NCBI GenBank assembly: GCA_964016885.1
Contig: OZ024741.1
Coordinates: 284,332,001-284,396,000, forward strand
Length of the DNA stretch: 64,000 nucleotides
Reading direction: 5' to 3'
Origin: Eledone cirrhosa
Lineage: Eukaryota
The position numbers and the translations under genes were made by a program. The stretch's first letter is position 1. Each line of letters begins with the position of its first letter. Positions 54,818 through 64,000 of the stretch are shown one piece after another. The notes under the pieces are model-generated. The model did not search any database and was not told where the DNA came from. It saw only the letters and a list, made by a program, of their open reading frames with translations.

Positions 54818-57800
54818 GAATGCCATGGTTGACGGAGGCTCGGCTCTGTAAGGTATTGTAAATTTTGACCGCTATAACAATTGTAAATTGTTTAAAACTT
54901 TAACCAAATTGTAGACAAAAACACCCTCCTCCTCGTGAGAGGGGTCTTTCTGCCCGTTATTTTGCCCTTCGGGGTTAAATAACCGCTTATTGGGGTTTTG
55001 TACCCAATATTTATTTTAAACAAAAAAAACATGGCAACGAAAAATAATTTTCATAGGTCACTCCCACTCATTCCGTCTTCTTCTTCCTCAATCGTCACTA
55101 CAGCAGAGAGAAGATTGTCTCTCTCCCTCCCTTCTCTTTCGCAAGCGACGCCAGTCAAGAAAAATCACATGAAAATCATGAAACATTTCTCCACGACGAC
55201 GACAATGACGAAAAAGGTGTGCGGTAAATACGAAAACTCATTTCATTCGTCTGACGTCAGGAATAATAGCAGTAGCAGCCGTAATAACAGCAGCAGCAGC
55301 AACAGTGACAAGGAAAACAACAGTAGCAGCCGAAACAGCATCAGCAGCAGCATAAACAACAACAGCATTAGCAGCAACAGCAACAACAATAGCAGCAGCA
55401 GCAACAACAACAACCACAGCAACAGCGGCGGCGGCAGTAGTCGTAGTACCTGCAGCAACAACAAAAGTAACAGCAGCTCTGACGACAACGACAACAACAA
55501 CAACAGCAGCAAAGAAAAACCAATCTCGTTTGCAGGTATCGCAAAGAACCTGGAAACCATCCTCATAACAAATGAGGAATTACAGGAAGCGAAGAAGATG
55601 GTGACGAAAACCGGACACCGAGCAATCTGCAAGGCAGTCGAAACATTTTTCGAAACCCAACAGCACTGTACGGTCACGTACCGTACAGTAAGCACAAAAT
55701 CCTGTAGGGTTGAAAGAGCCAAAGAGGCTCAAATACAAAAAGCCTTAGGGTCTGTGTGGCAGCGGAAACACATATCACCCGAGGCAAGAAATATGCCACC
55801 GTGGACGTGCTTTTTGCCACACCCCAGGAGGCAAAGGCTAAATCCTTAGTGACCCTAAGGAGCGAGGAAATGGTGTTGGTGCCCTCCTACTGCGGGAAAA
55901 AAATTGTACGGGTCAAACTGCCCCCCCCCCCCGGGATGACCCCTTCTTGGCTGGCCGCGCGTCTGTCCTCGTCGGAGTCGAGGACAAAACAACTGTACTG
56001 CAAGTACAGAAAAAAGTAAGAAAAGATTGGGTCGGCACCTCCATTGAGATGTTAATCCAAACCAACCAGGAGTGCATCGAAGCTATCCCGGATGTGATAG
56101 ACTTCGATAACGGCACTCAACTGCCCATAAGTGTTGAGGGCAAACGCCCGAAATGCTTTCGCTGTGGATCGAAGACTCACCTCAGGGCCTTCTGCAACGA
56201 GAAGACCCTGAGAAAGGAGAAAACCCCCTCCTTCCGAAACCGGCTCCACGGCTACCAGCAACAGGACAAGCGGCAACCAGTAACGATAGGTCCGTGGCAC
56301 CCATACCCACGCCACGGAAATCAAGAACAACAGCAGCAGTGGAAGTATTAACAACAAGAAACAGTAATACCAAATGCAGCTGCAACAGAGACTCCACTGC
56401 AAACATCACCAACAACAACAAGTAAAAGAGTGGAGCTGGTACCCCTCCCCGACCTCACAGAATCAGACATGGAGTGTGAGGTAGGAGAGGGATGGCAAAA
56501 CGTCGTAAGAAGGCACACACGCAGAAGCAGCGCATCGTCGCCTTCGAAAAGGGAGGAAAGAAATGAAAAAAGGGTAAAGGCTACTGCAAAGAGACTCATA
56601 GCAGCAACACCACCAACACCATCACCACCCACACTAGCACCACCATCACCACCGGCAACAACCCCACCGCCAACAACAACAACATCTTCAACACCACCAC
56701 CACAAGCACCAACATTGCAAACAAAACAACAAAACACACACACCCAGCAACAACGACAAGAAAATAGCAGAACCACACCCACCCCCAGAAAAATAAATGC
56801 ACGGCAATAAATACACACAACAAGAAACTAATGACTTACATAATTGAACACACAGACATTTCACAGCACGACTACATAATACCAGTACCAATCAAAACGC
56901 CAACTAACATAAGACTGCTAAAAATAGCACAGAAACAATACACAAACATTAAAACGAAATTCCCCAACGCAGTTGGTGATTTCAGAAACCTAGGAGGGAT
57001 TCTCAACCGGAGAGTATATTCGGACATACTCATAGAAGAGCCGACGACCAGCCGAAGGGACGATTCAACGGTCCCTTCACCAGACGATCAAGTGAAAAGG
57101 GATGGAAAAACCATCCTTCCTCTACGAAAAGTACGGTAAGTGGTCTTTCCCATCTTTTCCACTCTATTTTAAACATGACCTCACTCAGAATAGGCAGCAT
57201 AAATGCGCGTGGCTTGGAGTCGTCATGGAAGCAGGGTCACCTGCTCAACGACCTCAGGTCACTAAACATAGATGTAGTGGCCATCAGTGAGACCAGAATC
57301 TCCGAAGCACGGGCCTTCGCACCGATCTTCGGCGGCTACGATGTGTACGCATCTCCCAGCCGTCCTGGATCGGGGGGAGGAGTTGCTGTGCTTTTTCGGA
57401 GAGGTTTGGATCTCGCCATACGGGCCATCTTCCTGGACCCAGAGGGTAAGTTGGTGGTGCTGGACGTGACCAGCGGAGACGGGCAAGCTTTCAGGCTAGT
57501 GGCCGTCTATGCCCCGACAGGAGCAGGGCGGCCTGATTTCTTCCGGCGTCTGGAGACCTTTCTAGGAACGTCCCGCTCTTTAGTGTTAGTGGGCGACTGG
57601 AACGGGATCTTAGATGCACGCTGGGACTGTGTGGGATTAGCGGATAGGGGTGGAGGGTGCAAGAGCCTCACCAACCTGCTCAGGCGTTTTGAACTGTCTG
57701 ACAGGTACCGATTGGATTTCCCGAATGTGCCAATGTGGACTTGGACAAATCGTATAGGGTCATCCAGATCATATCTAGATAGAGTATTTTGTAGGGAAAT

Positions 57801-60800
57801 AGATAAGTTTAGCATAGGCTGTCCACAATTCAAGATAGTCAGCTACACGGACCACAAATTCGTGATCTGTGTGCTTGGCTTAGATAGGCTTCATAGACGA
57901 GGACCCGGCTACTGGAAGCTAAACGCGTCCTTACCAGCGCGCAAGGCCTACAGAGACCGGATTAGCGAACTAGTTAAGCGGGCGTTGACGGGGGCCATCG
58001 TCAACAACAAGTGGTGGTTTGCTCTGAAAAGAGCGATTAGAATAGAATCGATTAGGTTTAGTAAGGCTTTAGCAATAGAGAAAAATAGAGCAGAGGGAGA
58101 ACGAGTTAGAAAATTAGACGAGGCGCTTAGCAAAGGCATTGTGACTGACGTACTTGCGGCGAAATTGGCCATTGACCAATTCTTCAATGCAAAGCACGAA
58201 GGCTGCGTTGTCAGAGCTAGGGTGCGTGCTCTTAGACACGAGGGGACGAAAGCCGTTCAATGGGCCCGAGTGGCGGAGGCGCGTCGTGGCAACAAAGCCA
58301 CGATCCGGTCTTTGGTGGACCACGACGGGTGCATGCTTGTCGATCCCGGGCAAATGTGTGAAGCTTTTCAGCGACACTTCGCTCAGCTGTTCGGGGGCAG
58401 CGGTGGGCCGGGTCGAGGGATCGACTTTAGTGTCTACCTCGACGGACTGCCGCGGCTCTCGGCCACTGAGGCGGAGTGTTGCGAAAAGCCGATAACAGCC
58501 GCTGAAGTAAGGGAGGCAATGATTGGCTGCACAAGGGGTAAATCGCCTGGTTTGGATGGTCTGCCCTATGAACTTTACGTACAGATGCCAGACTTGTTCG
58601 GAGGCCTCTTGGCGGACGTCTACTGCAACTGGCAACAGAACGGGAGAATTCCCAGTTCTGTGAGCCGAGGAGCGGTGGCACTGCTGAGAAAGGATCCGAA
58701 CAAGGGGGAATAACATAGATAATTTCCGGCCCATAACTCTGCTAAACACAGAGTTCAAGATTTTGGGCAACGTGCTAGCAAAGAGGTTGGCGTTTGTCGT
58801 TGGTGGTCTGGTGGGAGAGGCGCAGACATGCGCCATTCCCGATAGATCCATCCACGACAACCTCCACCTCATGCGATACATCGTAGAGAGGGTAGCTAGG
58901 GAACCTGGCACGGGTGGGTCCTTGATCAATTTAGATCAGTCGAAAGCTTTCGATAGGGTCGACCATCGTTACCTAGCGGCAGTCCTGAGGGCGGCTGGCT
59001 TTGGGCCCGTCTTCAGAGGCTGGATCGCTGCCATGCACAGCGACATCTGCTCTGTGGTGAGAGTGAACAGTCACCTGTCGGAACCGTTCAACATCATGCG
59101 CTCGGTCCGCCAAGGATGTCCCCTCTCGTCCCTCTTGTACGTATAGACTCTCGAGCCATTACTGCACAAACTGGAGACGTTGAGGGGAGTCCCGCGCGAA
59201 CTAGGATGCGGAAGATCCGTGTCAGCATATGCGGACGAAGTCACCGTAGTGGTGTCGAACGCCAAACACATCGAGGCGATCGGCACTACACTAAGGGAAT
59301 ACGAAGCGGTGACAGGAGCAATGATCAACCAGGAAAAGTCAGTGGGCCTGCAGCTCGGCACCTGGAAAGGCAGGTCCATGCTGTCCAACAGCGTCGTCGG
59401 ACGGACCGGTTAAATTGCTAGGTGTCTGGTTCGGTCCGGACCTCCAGACGGACAAAAACTGGGACGAGGTGACGAGCAGGGTGGCTTCTCTCACCCAGAA
59501 ATGGGCGGGGAGGAAGCTATCCCTGAAAGGTCGAGCGGAGGTGGCTAACGCGCACATCGCGTCTGTCATCTGCTACCGCCTGACCGTCGTACCTTGTCCT
59601 AAGCCTCGCCTGACTGCGCTGGAGCGTTTGCTCTTTCGCTTTTTGTGGAAGGGACGCGCTCCGATGGTCAGGCGGTCCATCTGTTGTCAACACCCGCTAC
59701 GTGGAGGGCTGGGCATGCCGTGGCTGATGATGCGCAGGCACGCGCTCAGGCTGCGACATCTCCACCTCTTCCTCGACGGTGATCAGGTGTGGTCGCCGTT
59801 TGCTAGACACGTATTTCCCCAGCTCGTTTCCTTGACGGAGCTGCAGTCCTGGGTCAAGCGAAGACCGAGAGGGAGCGCCTGGAGACTGGAATGTCTTCAG
59901 GCGCTCACAGCCCTCGACCAATCGGGCAATGTGATCGGTGGAAACTCCACCTCGGCGTTCTATAGAGGATTAGTGGAGGGGAAGAGCGATGACGTACTTG
60001 GGGAAACTCTAGGCGTCGACGAAAATCAACTAGCCAATCTCTTCGGAAGAACTTTCGGGCCAGGGCCTATGGACAACTTCCAGAAATCTCTGGCCTGGCA
60101 GTGCTACCGAGGAGCCTTGCCAGTTCGGGATAAACTCTACAGGCATGGAGGTGCCGTCAGCCGGGCATGTCCGAGATGCGCGCAGGGCGACGAAACCGTC
60201 CTGCACGCACTCGTCCAGTGTCCGAAAATTGCTGACTTGTGGGTTTATGTCGAACACCTGCTGTCGCGTTTAGGACGGATCCGGCTATCATCTGAGTCCA
60301 TCGTGAGGATTGCCCTGCCCTCCTCCTTTAGCCGGGAAGGGCAGGCAGTTTTTATCTGCCTGGTGGCCATGGTGAAAGAGATAGTATGGTGGACACGTTT
60401 GAAAGGGCTGAAGATGAGCACTTACCTCTTCGGTGATGCTCTGATTGACTTTTTCAAATTTCATTTGAAAAGGAAAATCAGAGTAGAGAGGGAAGTGCTC
60501 TCTTCCCAGCATTTTGTTGAAAGATGGGTGAGAGAAGCAAGAATGGCCCGAGTGAATGGGCCTACTCTGAGTATATATCTGTAAATTAAAGGTGGAAAAC
60601 TGGGAGAGGGCACTTGCCTTGGTGGTCAGGGTCATTGTGGCTTTTTACTGGGCTTTCACCACAAATGTCCCTCCGAAGTCTCCCCCCTATTGGGGAATTT
60701 TTCATTGTTATTTTCATTGTTATTTTTGTTACATCCTCTGTTTTTGTTTTTTACACGCAGAAATGCCCATTTGTACCGTCCTGCATTGTCCTGCACTGTC

Positions 60801-60843
60801 CTTAATGTCTACTTTATGTAAACCCTTGTGGTTAATAAAGAAA

Positions 60844-60845
<2 letters not shown>
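54818..60845 (+). mobile_element. Near full-length Tx1-clade LINE flanked by (ATT)n
   Basis: ORF1 remnants 55031-57170 with zinc knuckle CFRCGSKTHLRAFC; ORF2 from 57175; (TTA)n at 54792-54817 and 60846-60902. Confidence 0.93.
57175..60584 (+). pseudogene. Tx1 ORF2 (APE endonuclease, RT, C-terminal zinc finger) with three lesions
   Basis: SINARG, ISET, VGDWN, YLDR, TDH; KSPGLDGL, LDQSKAFDRVDH, VRQGCPLS, AYADE; CPRC..ETVLHALVQC. Frameshift ~58710, stop 59144-59146, frameshift ~59405. Confidence 0.92.
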
Positions 60846-60902
<57 letters not shown>

Positions 60903-61142
60903 GTGGTGGTGATGATGATGGTAATGTTGAAGTTTATGAAGATGATGATGATGGCTGGGAGTATGTGTATGTAGTTTGTATCTTTCTAGGTATCTGTAAT
61001 CCATAACTCAATCATGTATTATTGGCAGTGTATACAAGAACAAATATAATACATCATAGAGCTTAAGGTTGCCAGAAGTCTTGGTTCTAACGGTTATAAC
61101 TCTAAAATATTTTACAATGAGGCTAATCATACATCATTATGC

Positions 61143-61327
61143 GTGGTGAATTGGCAGTATCGGTAGAGGGTTGGATGCTATGCTTTCTAGCATAGTTACG
61201 TCCCTTTACAGTCTGAGTTCAAATCCCGCTGAGGTTAACTTCGCCTTTCATCCTTACGGGGTCGATAAAATAAAGTACCATTAATGTACTGGGTAATTGC
61301 TGGCCTTGTGCCTAAAGTAGAAACAAT
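61143..61327 (+). mobile_element. tRNA-derived SINE (TSD attatgc); older copies at ~40235, ~41190, ~61635, ~62050, ~62920
   Basis: Matches the 53159 copy along its length. Confidence 0.9.
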
Positions 61328-62372
61328 TATGCAGCATTTAGCAATTCCTATACTCTGTACTGTGTAATGTGATTTTCGCCATACACCATACGTCAAGCGT
61401 GTGCCATTTGATAACTGTGCCATCTGATCACTATAGTTTCTGATTTAGAGACAAGGCCAGCAATTTGAGGGAAGGGGAAAGAGAAAATTGATTATATATG
61501 ACTTTAGTACTGAGGGCAAATCTTCCGCTATCTCTTTGAGTCTCTTTCTCTGGAAGAAATTGGCCGCATTCCAATATGGAGAGGAAGGGGCTACACCAGG
61601 AGTTTAGGGTCCTTTACCTATCTTGCTATACTTGGACTTTATTTCATCAACACCAGAAATATGAAAGGCAAAGTTGACCTCAGCAAGATTCGAAGGCAGA
61701 ATGTGAAAGGCCATAACTAAATACTGCAAAAAAAACAAACAAACCCAAAGGCATTTAGTCAGATGCTCTAATGATTCTACCTATATACTGCCCTTATAAA
61801 TATAGATATAATAAACATGGAAGTTGAATGAAACGCAATTGGATTAAAATAGAGACTATTCCTTCAGTTGTTGGATCCAACTATTTTTTCCCAGTGGCTA
61901 CTAGGCAAAATCATTCTGGAAGAAAGCTGAATATAGATTCTAATATAGCTTTAATTAATACATGTGTCCTATAATGTATTATGAGGTAGCGAATTGCCAA
62001 AGTTATTAGAACACTAGATAGAATCATTTGTGATATTTGTTTCAGCTCTCTGTGCTCTGAGTTTGAAAACCTGCTGTGGTCAACTTTGCCTTTCGTCCTT
62101 TTGAGGTTGATAAAATGTACCAGTCCAGTAGTGGGGTCAAATCTTCCTCTATATCTTTTTCTCACTTCCTCTCTATCATTCTCTCTTTCCTCCTCTGGAA
62201 AAAATAGGTTGTGTTCAGACCCTGAGAGGAGTGGACTCCATCAGATTTAAAATGTGTATGTCACCATGGTGCCCCTATAACTCTATCATGAGTTACTACA
62301 GATCCATTTTTACATAATGTAATTTTTCTCAGAGATAATCTTGCATAATACTTCATAATTTTAATTCTCTAG

Positions 62373-62463
62373 GTAAAAACATCTATACATGAAATAAATA
62401 AAAGTTATACTAGGAAGGATCCAATATTTGATACTCTGTATTGTAGTAATGAAACACGTGGAA
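62373..62463 (+). CDS. Host gene exon I (phase 0-1), PLAT-like C-part
   Basis: ttctctag|...|gtaagt; 91 nt, same length and phases as exon G; VKTSIHEINKSYTRKDPIFDTLYCSNETRG. Confidence 0.78.
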
Positions 62464-63608
62464 GTAAGTTTTACTTTGTTTTACTCATAGTATTTTGTAA
62501 CACATTTATCAAGGTTGTATGTTTGGTATTTCTTGAATAATACATGTGATCTACTTGAATATTTCAGTAAAATAGGACACAGGGGCAGACATTTGATAAA
62601 CATATGTGAAGGCAGGTGGTACATAAAGTGCTGGTCATCAGGTTCAAAGTAGGATAAAGCATTGTGGTTCTTATCACATATGCCTTCAAAGTGTCAGCAT
62701 ATGTTGTCCTCTTTCTCAACATGCACCAAAGTAGTCTACAACAATTTATTCAAGCCACTAATAATAGTAATAATGATTTCTAAGGCCAGTAACTTAGGGA
62801 GAGAGGAGGGGGATTCAATTATATCCCTCCTCAGGTCACAACACAGCTGATTTCTTCCAAAGAAGGAGAGAGCGGGAATGAGAGAAAGAGAAAATAAGAA
62901 AGATAGAGGAAGAATTGACTCCAGTACTTAACTAGTACTTTGTTTTATAGATCCCGGAAGGATGAAAGGTAAAGCTGACCTCAGCAGGATTTGAACTCAG
63001 AACACAAAGGACTGTAACTACAAGCTGAAAAGCATTTCATTTGATGCTCTAATGATACTGCTAATCCACTGCTCTTCAATAATCTGATAATATTTCTATA
63101 AGAGTAAAAATACACATCTAGTTTCATGTAGAAGGTAACTTTGCAAGCTGGGGGTGAGGTAGCATTTCATATAAGACTGATTAAGATTTGGAATATCCTC
63201 TTTAACCTGTTGCTCAATAGAGAAAGATTTCAGCAACTTTTCCTTTTGCCCTTGCTCAGTATCTCCACACTAACAAATGCTGCACAACATTTATTCCTAT
63301 ACTGCAATGATTCTGCCAATCACCCACCCTGCTCTTATATAAAATAATGTTAAACATTTCATCTTGGTATTTGGTGTTTTTATTGGAAGCAAGACCATCC
63401 AAAAATGTAACGATAAATGTTGGTCAGTTTTGATTTAAATGGGAACCCTTTGAACATGTGATTTTATTTCATAGACCCAACGGTGGTTTTGGCTGGATTG
63501 ATATCAAATGGGTTAACCAACGATTTTAATCTTTCTTATTTATCACTTTTTTCATTTTTACCATCTTACATTTTACCTATTAAGATGCACAGATATATTT
63601 ACTAACAG

Positions 63609-63823
63609 ATATCAAATGGACAGTTGTTACGAGCCAAAACACCGGTAGGGAATATCTCTCATTAAGTTTACAAGGTTCTTTGCTCAATGAATCTTTCCTG
63701 TTTTTGGCTGGTGTAAGGCGTACACAATCAGCTGATTACACTATTCACATTCAGGATATTGGACAGTTTCTTATCTTGAATTTGGAATGGTATCATTTAC
63801 CCTACACTATGGAGGACAAAAAT
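63609..63823 (+). CDS. Host gene exon J (phase 1-0), PLAT-like N-part
   Basis: actaacag|...|gtaagt; 215 nt; IKWTVVTSQNTGREYLSLSLQGSLLNESFLFLAGVRRTQSADYTIHIQDIGQFLILNLEWYHLPYTMEDKN (DIG..L.L.W motif). Confidence 0.8.
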
Positions 63824-63847
63824 GTAAGTATATAGCGATTGTTCATA

Positions 63848-64000
63848 ATGTTGGTGGTGGCAGTTGTGTTGTTTTGTTGTTGTTGGTGATGTTGTTGTTG
63901 TTGGTAGGGTTGTAGTTGATAGTGTTGATGTTGTTTCATCGTTGTTGTTGATAGTATTGTTGTTGTTGTTGGTAGTGTTGTTTTATTGTTGGCGTTGGTG
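63848..64000. repeat. (GTT)n-rich low-complexity repeat
   Basis: Direct reading. Confidence 0.85.

Noticed and set aside
55243-56891. Minus-strand Leu/Val-rich 'membrane' ORFs
   Set aside because: Antisense shadows of CAA/CAG/CCA repeats in Tx1 ORF1.

Overview
AT-rich, repeat-dense eukaryotic genomic DNA. The SINE/LINE repertoire resembles an octopod cephalopod, which is inference only. Most of the window is decayed or nested transposons: R4/Dong-like and CRE-like RLE LINEs, RTE LINEs, a near full-length Tx1 LINE, a Gypsy LTR element interrupted by a hAT (Buster-like) transposon, several Penelope-like elements (PLEs) with hammerhead motifs in (TA)n tracts, a non-autonomous Helitron and many tRNA-derived SINEs. 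Hidden among these, and mostly missed by the ORF track, is a spliced + strand host gene. I traced 10 phase-compatible GT-AG exons between 28392 and 63823 (1511 nt, about 503 codons, open at both ends). They encode degenerate F-type-lectin/discoidin-like modules followed by tandem PLAT/LH2-like domains, with many N-glycosylation sequons. A second theme is repeated fold-back inverted duplications, two of which fold right at a hammerhead CUGANGA box. All calls were made by eye; no database searches or folding programs were run.
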